DNA of 64,000 bases from Piromyces finnis finn (taxonomy: Eukaryota > Fungi > Neocallimastigomycota), in contig MCFH01000019.1 of the NCBI GenBank assembly GCA_002104945.1, forward strand, positions 62,001 to 126,000. The letters are read 5' to 3'. A program made the position numbers and the translations under genes. Below are positions 1 to 9,697 of the stretch, in pieces (position 1 is the stretch's first letter; each line of letters opens with the position of its first letter). The notes under the pieces were generated by a model. That model did not search any database, was not told the DNA's origin, and saw nothing but the letters and a program-made list of their open reading frames with translations.

Positions 1-3000
1 TAAAGATATAAACGATACAGCTTTATGAACTCCGGCAATCCATCGTATTCCTTTGTTAACATGCTTCTGAGCAATCCTAGACCTAGCTTTGTTGGATCCA
101 AGTAATGGTGCAAAGTATGAAACTCTGCTAATCACTTGTGAGTTAAGTACTAGTTTTTTGAAGGGAATAGGAATATTAGGATTTCTTAAGAATTTACTGA
201 CTGAGAAAAGTCCTTTCAAAACCTTGTTATTGAGAGTTTTAATTACTGGTTTAAGGGACAGATTCTTATCAAATGGAACACCAAGATAAGTATAACAATC
301 AGTAGTTGGAATGGGTTGTCCTGCTAAGTAAAATGTTGGATCTCTCTTGTTCTGATTTTCTATTGATTCAGGACGAATCACCATCGTTGAACATTTCTGG
401 ATACCAAATTCCATTTCATTATACAATGCCCATTCATTAACTCTTCTAAGCATCTTTTTTAAGCATCCTCTTGTTGGAGCACAAATAACTATATCATCTG
501 CAAAAAGTCCACCACAGCATCGAGTGTCACCTAGACTGACTCCTAGATCTTCGCACTCTCTAAATATATCATTAATAAAGAGATTAAAGAGAATAGGAGA
601 AAGAGGGCAACCTTGACGGACTCCTTTCTTCACATCAAAAGATTTCGAGAATTGTCCATTTAATTTGACATTAGCCTTAGATGTTAAATATAAATTTTTG
701 ATGAATTGTAAACTCTTACCTCGGATTCCTAAACAATCTAATTTATGGAGAATATTACCGATTGGGACTGAATCGTATGCTTTCCTGAGATCTAAAAAGG
801 CCAAATATGTCTCTTTATTATCTAATTGACGTCTACGGCATATTTCTTGGATTGAAATGAAAAGACTGATACTTTCTTCCTTTTTTCGAAAACCAAATTG
901 TTCAGGTCTAATGAAATTATTCTTTAAACCATATTCTGAGATTCTAGTGGTGACAATTTTGGAAATCAACTTAATACCATTATTGATAAGTGATATACCT
1001 CGATAGTTATCACAATCTGTCAAATCTCCCTTCTTAGGAATAGAAACAATACTGGATTCATTCCATGAGTTGGGGAAGTCTCCATCCCAAATACGGTTAA
1101 ATAATTTAAGAATAAAATTTAAACCATGAGCGTCATTATCTGAAGTGGTATTACCGGAAGAATTATTATCTGTAGCATTATTAGAATCATTACTTGATGG
1201 AATTAATGCTTTGTAAAATTCAATTGGAATACCATCCGGACCTGATGCTTTATAATTCGGAGTAGAGAGGATAGCTGACTTGACTTCATCAATACTAATA
1301 TCTTGGTTGATATCCCACTCATCAAGCATAGGAAGTGAAAAACGTTTATTCGTTGGTTCTTCATACCAATGCTCCAAATCAAGACTTACACCACTTGGAT
1401 CTGATGCAAGGTTTTCGAAATGATCATGCCACACATCTAGTTGTTCTTCCGTAGCAACAACTAATTCTCCATTTTTGTTTTTAATTGGTTGAGCAATAAA
1501 GAAAGAATCTTTTCCAATTTTTGCAGTTTTCTTGATCCATTTCCAGGCCTTCTTAGGATTATGACTCTTCATATACTCACATCCTGTTTTAATCCAATGA
1601 AGATATTCTTGTTTCCTAAATTCATTACATCTTTTGTGGATGTAATCAATGAGCTTACGGTAGATTTTAATTCTTTTAATAAATTCATCTATATCATAAA
1701 TTCTTTCTTTTTTAAATCTCTTATACAACTTCATTTTGATTTTTTGGAGATTAAAAATTTGTTGTGAAATATGAAATGAAGACTTTATAACATTATTTGC
1801 TGAGGTAATACTGAGCTCGTCTGCAATTGAAAAAGCAGTTGAAGTAAATTCTTTGGAAAGTTCATCTGTAGAAACATTAGGATCGTTGAATTTTGCTGAA
1901 AGAATTTGGAATTTATTATGACTAAGAATAGATTCCTTTTCCTCAATACATTTTAATCTATTCCATTTCAGAATTTTCTTAGGAACGTTAAAGTCATTAG
2001 AAAAATCATCCATAGGAATAATTTTACCATTAATAAGAAGTGGCTTATGGTCTGATACTGGATAAAAATTATTTATAAATGATCCTGAGTGAATAAGATC
2101 TTTCATCTTCGAATTGATAAGAGCATGGTCAATGTCGGAAGATTGATCACCTCGAGTCCAAGAGATAGTAGACCCTCTAAGCGGAAGAATTTCCCAATCT
2201 CCTAATCCATTAGTTGATAACCAGTTGGATAATTTTACTTTAGACATATTAAAATCACCAACAAGAATCGATGGATGGGATGAATGAGTTTGTAACCACA
2301 AGCGAACTTCTAACTTTGCATGATCAACATAGATGTTGTGATGACTATGAGGCATATAAACATTTCCAATCGAGCATTTGAATCTATTCCAGAGACTAAA
2401 AGTATAAATAGAAATAATATACTTTCCAGAGAAGTTTTCAAGTGAGGCTTGACACGAATTGTGAAAACCTAAATATAAACCTCTCATTCCAGGAACTGAT
2501 TCGTCAGCTTTCTTGAAAAAGTGTCTATAGTTTCGCAAAGTAACACGACAAGGATAATCTGTATTCGATCCAGAACCATTACCAGTTTCTTGGAAACATA
2601 AGAATAATGGTTTGAAAATAGCTGTGAAATAGCTAATACTATCTCTCTTTTCATGATTCCACCCATTGGTGTTCCAACTAAGACAAAAAGAAAAGTTATC
2701 AGGCTTGTTGGATGAGGAAGAATCGTTGCTATTATTATTATTATCAAGGTCATCGTTATTAATGGATGATGCATCAGAGGAATAAGTAGAACTATTACTA
2801 GATGGCTGTGAAACTGAAGAACTATCAACTATTGAACTGTTAGCAGAGTTGATAGAGCTATTAGAATTAATTGTTGAATGTTGAGATTGAAATTGTGTTT
2901 GCTGTAGATCTGGAATATTTTCATGATTGGAAACTTGTTGAAGATCTTGTTGAAGATCTTGTTGAAGATCGGATTGTTGATGAGATTGTTGAACTGATTG

Positions 3001-3402
3001 TTGAAATGATTGTTGAATAGAATGTTGATGTTTATTAGAAACTAAAATTTTACGTTTGAGAGTGGAAAAAGTGTATTTGTGATTCCTTCTACTACGAGCT
3101 GAAAAGGAAATTGAGGTAACTGAAAGTTTCTTCTTTAACATGTGTAAGATTTTAATACAATCTTTTGATGAACCATGAACCTTGACTAAGAAAAAGTGAT
3201 CATTGAAAGTTTGAAAATATTTAACACTAATAACTGAATTAAATTTATCTTCTAGAATAACCTCGAGTTTTTCCCATAGCATATTTACTGACCATGATCG
3301 AATACCACGGATAAAGAAGGAGCGAATATCATCTAAGGGGATACCATAAGACCGGGTACCACGTCTGATATAATTCTTATCTTTAATATAAAGGACTGAC
3401 AT
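1..3402 (-). CDS. LINE single ORF: RRM-like N-terminus, Q/S/N-rich linker, APE endonuclease and reverse transcriptase; open to the window edge
   Basis: ATG at 3402 (MSVLYIKDKNYIRRGTRSYG...). APE motifs WNTNG, FQET, NVYMP, GDFN, IDH, SDH; RT motifs YRGISL, QFGFR, FLDLRKAYDSV, GVRQGCPLSP, FADD, YLG. The frame reaches position 1 in register (...AVSFISL). It is absent from the ORF track, consistent with no stop inside the window. Adding the 3' part of copy 3 gives about 1507 aa. Confidence 0.9.
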   Translation of the reverse strand, partial: MSVLYIKDKNYIRRGTRSYGIPLDDIRSFFIRGIRSWSVNMLWEKLEVILEDKFNSVISVKYFQTFNDHFFLVKVHGSSKDCIKILHMLKKKLSVTSISFSARSRRNHKYTFSTLKRKILVSNKHQHSIQQSFQQSVQQSHQQSDLQQDLQQDLQQVSNHENIPDLQQTQFQSQHSTINSNSSINSANSSIVDSSSVSQPSSNSSTYSSDASSINNDDLDNNNNSNDSSSSNKPDNFSFCLSWNTNGWNHEKRDSISYFTAIFKPLFLCFQETGNGSGSNTDYPCRVTLRNYRHFFKKADESVPGMRGLYLGFHNSCQASLENFSGKYIISIYTFSLWNRFKCSIGNVYMPHSHHNIYVDHAKLEVRLWLQTHSSHPSILVGDFNMSKVKLSNWLSTNGLGDWEILPLRGSTISWTRGDQSSDIDHALINSKMKDLIHSGSFINNFYPVSDHKPLLINGKIIPMDDFSNDFNVPKKILKWNRLKCIEEKESILSHNKFQILSAKFNDPNVSTDELSKEFTSTAFSIADELSITSANNVIKSSFHISQQIFNLQKIKMKLYKRFKKERIYDIDEFIKRIKIYRKLIDYIHKRCNEFRKQEYLHWIKTGCEYMKSHNPKKAWKWIKKTAKIGKDSFFIAQPIKNKNGELVVATEEQLDVWHDHFENLASDPSGVSLDLEHWYEEPTNKRFSLPMLDEWDINQDISIDEVKSAILSTPNYKASGPDGIPIEFYKALIPSSNDSNNATDNNSSGNTTSDNDAHGLNFILKLFNRIWDGDFPNSWNESSIVSIPKKGDLTDCDNYRGISLINNGIKLISKIVTTRISEYGLKNNFIRPEQFGFRKKEESISLFISIQEICRRRQLDNKETYLAFLDLRKAYDSVPIGNILHKLDCLGIRGKSLQFIKNLYLTSKANVKLNGQFSKSFDVKKGVRQGCPLSPILFNLFINDIFRECEDLGVSLGDTRCCGGLFADDIVICAPTRGCLKKMLRRVNEWALYNEMEFGIQKCSTMVIRPESIENQNKRDPTFYLAGQPIPTTDCYTYLGVPFDKNLSLKPVIKTLNNKVLKGLFSVSKFLRNPNIPIPFKKLVLNSQVISRVSYFAPLLGSNKARSRIAQKHVNKGIRWIAGVHKAVSFISL

Positions 3403-3413
3403 GATAATAAATT

Positions 3414-3933
3414 CTAATTAAAAAATATTGAATATAAAATAAATACTAATAAAAATTATAAATATAACGTATATGGAAAAAATCTGTCTCTCTCTCTCTT
3501 CTTAAAAGTACTGGATAGTACAAAAATTGTTACGATGCTTTGTTTAAAGTTTCTTTTTTTTGAATTCTAGTTGTAAATTTTCTTTAAAAATTCTAGTTTT
3601 GGTTTGTTGTTAGTAAATTCGATTCGCTTTTTGACACTAAACTTGTTTGACTTTACTTTTCATTAAATATTTGAATTGGTAAAAAATTTGAATCAAGAAT
3701 GTCGACACCAGAAAGCTTGTGAATAGTATTTTTACATGATGTAGAGTGAATCAGTCTCTTACAAGAAACAATACAACAATAGCTACATGAATATAAAAGT
3801 ACAATGCAAATGCTAAAGTTGACTACATTGGATTCTTACAAGAGAAGAGTAGTACTACATGAATACATGAATAAAAGAAAAAATACAGCAACAAAATGTA
3901 TTACTCTTCTAATTAAATACTATACAAACTTAC
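3414..3933 (-). other. Putative spliceosomal intron in the family-1 LINE 5' UTR
   Basis: Donor CAG|GTAAGT at 3933; T-rich acceptor TTTTTTAATTAG| at 3414, 11 nt before the ATG. The same layout occurs in family 2. No transcript evidence. Confidence 0.5.
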
Positions 3934-4000
3934 CTGAAAAATCAAACATTCACTTATTCATCAAATACTTAAATTTGATGAATAAAATGTTTTTTAATCG

Positions 4001-4380
4001 CTCAGTACCATGAGCTTAGTCCTAATAATTTTCCCTTGAAGACTAACCAAGCATCCATTGCGCAATGCTTGGATTTAATTCTTTCTACTCTCTCAGTACC
4101 ATGAGCATGAGTAGACCCCCTTGAGAAATTACATTTATTAAATAAATGAAGGCACATTCCTAAGAGGGCACCAAGCATCCATTGCGCAATACTTGGATTT
4201 AATTCTTTCTACTCTCTCAGTACCATGAGCATGAGTAGACCCCCTTGAGAAACTACATTTATTAAATAAATGAAGGCACGTTCCCAAGAGGGATCATTCT
4301 ACTCTCTCAGTACCATGAACATGAGTAGACCCCCTTGAGAAACTACATTTATTAAATAAATGAAGGCACGTTCCCAAGAG

Positions 4381-4382
<2 letters not shown>
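4001..4382 (-). repeat. Tandem array of hairpin-rich LINE 5'-end monomers
   Basis: Near-identical units 4047-4168 (122 bp), 4171-4292 (122 bp) and 4297-4382 (86 bp), separated by 2-4 nt junctions. A diverged CTCAGTACCATGAG copy lies at 4001-4014. Confidence 0.95.
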
Positions 4383-4417
<35 letters not shown>

Positions 4418-5856
4418 GGCATCAAATATTTTAAACTTTATTATTAATTTAATTAAAATTATAATACATGTAATAAAAAATTAAAAAATAAAAATAAAAA
4501 TAAAAAAAAATATGTTTAAATAAACACAAATGAATAAAAATTGGGTATAATGTATTCTAGTAATTTTAATTAAAGTAAGAAAGCCACTATCATACTAAAG
4601 TATAATAATTGTATTTGATTTCCAATGGGACACCGAGCCAAAGATCAAAATTTTGTCATGGAACAAAATTATGATCTCCATTGGTTGCGCTGGCCCTCCT
4701 GGCCTGTCTTACTGTTTCTTCAGCATTGACGCTCTTGGATGTTGCTTCAAACCTTTTGAACATTGTCCATTGCTGGCCAATAGCAAAAGGCATGATTTTG
4801 GTTAGAAGTTCCGCGGTTACCGTCAAGAATGGTGTTCCTTCGTTAGTATCAGATTGAATCTGACGCTTACAAAGTTCTTTCCATTCCCTTGAATTGTAAT
4901 TAATATTGTTAAAACTTCTTCCCCCAAGAAGGAATTTAAATATTTTACTGCACACACTAGAATAATCATACACATTAATATTCACCGGATTATTAGAACT
5001 ATTACTATCATTAACTAAATTACTATCTAAATTAGAATTATTATCTTCACTATTGCTATCATTACTAATATTATTATTTCTATTACTACTATTGTTATTA
5101 TTACTATTGTTACTATTACTATTGTTACTATTACTATTGTTATTACTACTATTGTTACTATTACTATTAATGTTATTACTATCTCTACTGATATTATCAA
5201 TTTCATTATTATTGATAGGACTATTGGAATTACGTTGACTGAAAAAATTTAATAGCTGAACTATGGAATCATAATGTTTAATACGGATATCTCTAAATGT
5301 TGGACAATCTAATAACCAATGTTTAATACTTTGAACACCACACTTGCAACATGGACAGTAGTTAGGACAAACTGGATCAACAAATTTGGCAGCTTTGGCA
5401 ACTCTAGCATCCAACTTGTATCCGCTTCTTGCTTTCAATAGCCAGTAGAAGCCATAGGCAAACTCTGGGTATTCATAACATAATTTAATAAAATCTTTAG
5501 TTTCAATAAATTTATTATCATCATAATATTGCGCTTTGATTGAATTCCCTTTGAGATCTTTCCAATAAAAGTTTTTAACTGCTTTAACATCTCCATGTTT
5601 CTTTAGTTTTTTATCAAGTGTCCTACTTGATTTGCACCACGTGTATTTTCTAAATTTAGGAATGTAATTGACAAGGTGTGAGATAATACAATTTGAGTTT
5701 TTCCATTTGTTAAAACATCTAACCTGAGCTAACGCACATTTGGCTGACAATGGAGGAATATTCAAATCTTTTGAAATAGAGTATAAAGATATAAACGATA
5801 CAGCTTTATGAACTCCGGCAACCCATCGTATTCCTTTGTTAACATTCCCAAGAGGG
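4371..5856. repeat. 12-bp direct repeat TTCCCAAGAGGG flanking LINE copy 2 (probable target-site duplication)
   Basis: Identical 12-mers at 4371-4382 (abutting the poly-T) and 5845-5856 (abutting the 5' truncation point). Confidence 0.85.
4383..5844 (-). mobile_element. LINE family 1 copy 2, 5'-truncated, with poly(A) tail
   Basis: 32-nt poly-T at 4383-4414, 3' UTR, and ORF C-terminus with CCHC (CPCCKCGVQSIKHWLLDC), stop at 4656-4658. Truncated at 5844. Confidence 0.95.
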
Positions 5857-6002
5857 TACTATTATACTAAAGTATAATAATTGTATTTGACTTCCAATGG
5901 GACACCGAGCCAAAGACCAAAATTTTATCATGGGACAAAATTATGATCACCATTGGTTGCGCTGGCCCTCCTGGCCTGTCTTACTGTTTCTTCAGCATTG
6001 AC

Positions 6003-6006
<4 letters not shown>

Positions 6007-6051
<45 letters not shown>

Positions 6052-9000
6052 GGCATCAAATATTTTAAACTTTATTATTAATTTAATTAAAATTATAATA
6101 CATGTAATAAATAATTAAAAATAATAAAAATAAAAAAAATATGTTTAAATAAACACAAATGAATAAAAATTGGGTATAATGTATTCTAGTAATTTTAATT
6201 AAAGTAAGAAAGCCACTATCATACTAAAGTATAATAATTGTATTTGACTTCCAATGGGACACCGAGCCAAAGATCAAAATTTTGTCATGGAACAAAATTA
6301 TGATCTCCATTGGTTGCGCTGGCCCTCCTGGCCTGTCTTACTGTTTCTTCAGCATTGACGCTCTTGGATGTTGCTTCAAACCTTTTGAACATTGACCATT
6401 GCTGGCCAATAGCAAAAGGCATGATTTTGGTTAGAAGTTCCGCGGTTACCGTCAAGAATGGTGCTCCTTCATTAGTACCAGATTGAATCTGACGCTTACA
6501 AAGTTCTTTCCATTCCCTTGAATTGTAATTGATATTGTTAAAACTTCTTCCCCCAAGAAGGAATTTAAATATTTTACTGCACACACTAGAATAATCATAC
6601 ACATTAATATTCACCGGATTATTAGAACTATTACTATCATTAACTAAATTACTATCTAAATTAGAATTATTATCTTCACTATTGCTATCATTACTAATAT
6701 TATTATTTCTATTATTGTTATTATTACTATTGTTACTATTACTATTGTTACTATTACTATTGTTATTACTACTATTGTTACTATTACTATTAATGTTATT
6801 ACTATCTCTACTGATATTATCAATTTCATTATTATTGATAGGACTATTGGAATTACGTTGACTGAAAAAATTTAATAGCTGGACTATGGAATCATAATGT
6901 TTAATACGGATATCTCTAAATGTTGGACAATCTAATAACCAATGTTTAATACTTTGATCTCCACACTTGCAACATGGACAGTAGTTAGGACAAACTGGAT
7001 CAACAAATTTGGCAGCTTTGGCAACTCTAGCATCCAACTTGTATCCGCTTCTTGCTTTCAATAGCCAGTAGAAGCCATAGGCAAACTCTGGGTACTCATA
7101 ACATAATTTAATAAAATCTTTAGTTTCAATAAATTTATTATCATCATAATATTGCGCTTTGATTGAATTCCCTTTGAGATCTTTCCAATAAAAGTTTTTA
7201 ACTGCTTTAACATCTCCATGTTTCTTTAATTTTTTATCAAGTGTCCTACTTGATTTGCACCACGTGTATTTTCTAAATTTAGGAATGTAATTGACAAGGT
7301 GTGAGATAATACAATTTGAGTTTTTCCATTTGTTAAAACATCTAACCTGAGCTAACGCACATTTGGCTGACAATGGAGGAATATTCAAATCTTTTGAGAT
7401 AGAGTATAAAGATATAAACGATACAGCTTTATGAACTCCGGCAACCCATCGTATTCCTTTGTTAACATGCTTCTGAGCAATCCTAGACCTAGCTTTGTTG
7501 GATCCAAGTAATGGTGCAAAGTATGAAACTCTGCTAATCACTTGTGAGTTAAGTACTAGTTTTTTGAAAGGAATAGGAATATTAGGATTTCTTAAGAATT
7601 TACTGACTGAGAAAAGTCCTTTCAAAACCTTGTTATTAAGAGCTTTAATTACTGGTTTAAGGGACAGATTCTTATCAAATGGAACACCAAGATAAGTATA
7701 GCAATCAGTAGTTGGAATGGGTTGTCCTGCTAAGTAAAATGTTGGATCTCTCTTGTTCTGATTTTCTATTGATTCAGGACGAATCACCATCGTTGAACAT
7801 TTCTGGATACCAAATTCCATTTCATTATACAGTGCCCATTCATTAACTCTTCTAAGCATCTTTTTTAAGCATCCTCTTGTTGGAGCACAAATAACTATAT
7901 CATCTGCAAAAAGTCCACCACAGCATCGAGTGTCACCTAAACTGACTCCTAGATCTTCGCACTCTCTAAATATATCATTAATAAAGAGATTAAAGAGAAT
8001 AGGAGAAAGAGGGCAACCTTGACGGACTCCTTTCTTCACATCAAAAGATTTCGAGAATTGTCCATCTAATTTGACATTAGCCTTAGATGTTAAATATAAA
8101 TTTTTGATAAATTGTAAACTCTTACCTCGGATTCCTAAACAATCTAATTTATGGAGAATATTACCGATTGGGACTGAATCGTATGCTTTCCTGAGATCTA
8201 AAAAGGCCAAATATGTCTCTTTATTATCTAATTGACGTCTACGGCATATTTCTTGGATTGAAATGAAAAGACTGATACTTTCTTCCTTTTTTCGAAAACC
8301 AAATTGTTCAGGTCTAATGAAATTATTCTTTAGACCATATTCTGAGATTCTAGTGGTGACAATTTTGGAGATCAACTTAATACCATTATTGATAAGTGAT
8401 ATACCTCGATAGTTATCACAATCTGTCAAATCTCCCTTCTTAGGAATAGAAACAATACTGGATTCATTCCATGAGTTGGGGAAATCTCCATCCCAAATAC
8501 GGTTAAATAATTTAAGAATAAAATTTAAACCATGAGCATCATTATCTGAAGTAGTATTACCAGAAGAATTATTATCTGTAGCATTATTAGAATCATTACT
8601 TGATGGAATTAATGCTTTGTAAAATTCAATTGGAATACCATCCGGACCTGATGCTTTATAATTTGGAGTAGAGAGGATAGCTGACTTGACTTCATCAATA
8701 CTAATATCTTGGTTGATATCCCACTCATCAAGCATAGGAAGTGAAAAACGTTTATTCGTTGGTTCTTCATACCAATGCTCCAAATCAAGACTTACACCAC
8801 TTGGATCTGATGCAAGATTTTCGAAATGATCATGCCACACATCTAGTTGTTCTTCCGTAGCAACAACTAATTCTCCATTTTGTTTTTAATTGGTTGAGCA
8901 ATAAAGAAAGAATCTTTTCCAATTTTTGCAGTTTTTTTGATCCATTTCCAGGCCTTCTTAGGATTATGACTCTTCATATACTCACATCCTGTTTTAATCC

Positions 9001-9697
9001 AATGAAGATATTCTTGCTTCCTAAATTCATTACATCTTTTGTGGATGTAATCAATGAGCTTACGGTAGATTTTAATTCTTTTAATAAATTCATCTATATC
9101 ATAAATTCTTTCTTTTTTAAATCTCTTATACAACTTCATTTTGATTTTTTGGAGATTAAAAATTTGTTGTGAAATATGAAATGAAGACTTTATAACATTA
9201 TTTGCTGAGGTAATACTGAGCTCGTCTGCAATTGAAAAAGCAGTTGAAGTAAATTCTTTGGAAAGTTCATCTGTAGAAGCATTAGGATCGTTGAATTTTG
9301 CTGAAAGTATTTGGAATTTATTATGACTGAGAATAGATTCCTTTTCCTCAGTACATTTTAATCTATTCCATTTCAGAATTTTCTTAGGAACGTTAAAGTC
9401 ATTAGAAAAATCTTCCATAGGAATAATTTTACCATTAATAAGAAGTGGCTTATGGTCTGATACAGGATAAAAATTATTTATAAATGATCCTGAGTGAATA
9501 AGATCTTTCATCTTCAAATTGATAAGAGCATGGTCAATGTCGGAAGATTGTTCACCTCGAGTCCAAGAGATAGTCGACCCTCTAAGCAGAAGAATTTCCC
9601 AATCTCCTAATCCATTAGTTGATAACCAGTTGGATAATTTTACTTTAGACATATTAAAATCACCAACAAGAATCGATGGATGGGATGAATGAGTTTG
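6007..9697 (-). mobile_element. LINE family 1 copy 3, 5'-truncated within the APE domain
   Basis: 42-nt poly-T at 6007-6048, 3' UTR, CCHC, RT and partial APE. Matches copy 1 up to GAGTTTG at 9697. Confidence 0.95.
6285..9697 (-). pseudogene. Truncated, frameshifted APE-RT-CCHC reading frame of copy 3
   Basis: ORF-track pieces 8867-9796 and 6285-8840. Two T-runs near 8878-8887 are each 1 nt shorter than in copy 1, which is either a real frameshift or a homopolymer sequencing error. The track's N-terminal MVFFYFF... is a chimeric read-through of flanking DNA. Confidence 0.85.

Larger units (their letters stand above)
1..4168 (-). mobile_element. Non-LTR retrotransposon (LINE, RTE-like), family 1 copy 1; 5'-complete, 3' part outside the window
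   Basis: Long minus-strand ORF with APE and RT motifs. Near-identical to copies at 4383-5844, 6007-9697 and 55189-59097. The 5' end is placed at 4168 because the reiterated 5' monomers all begin at the same CCCTCTT (minus strand). Clade assignment (NYRGISL, QFGFR, single ORF) is by eye. Confidence 0.93.

Noticed and set aside
3804-4013. 69-aa antisense ORF in the LINE 5' UTR (ORF0-like?)
   Set aside because: No recognisable motif and no counterpart seen in family 2; only one copy is available to test.
4014-4157. 51-codon upstream ORF starting in monomer A
   Set aside because: The ATG is ACG in the other two monomers, so it is not conserved.
4047-4382. CRISPR array or known ribozyme (hammerhead, HDV-like, twister) in the 5' monomers
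   Set aside because: There are no unique spacers and the context is a eukaryotic LINE. By hand I found no CUGANGA/GAAA core, no HDV P3/P1.1 arrangement after the G-U-closed first stem, and only a partial twister-like TCCCAAG. A covariance-model scan is still advisable.
89-9172. Plus-strand ORFs 89-289, 1489-1767, 5053-5238, 7495-7695, 8894-9172 (and 55949-56227, 59471-59791, 61662-61862)
   Set aside because: Antisense shadows of the LINE ORFs; they recur only because the element is repeated.
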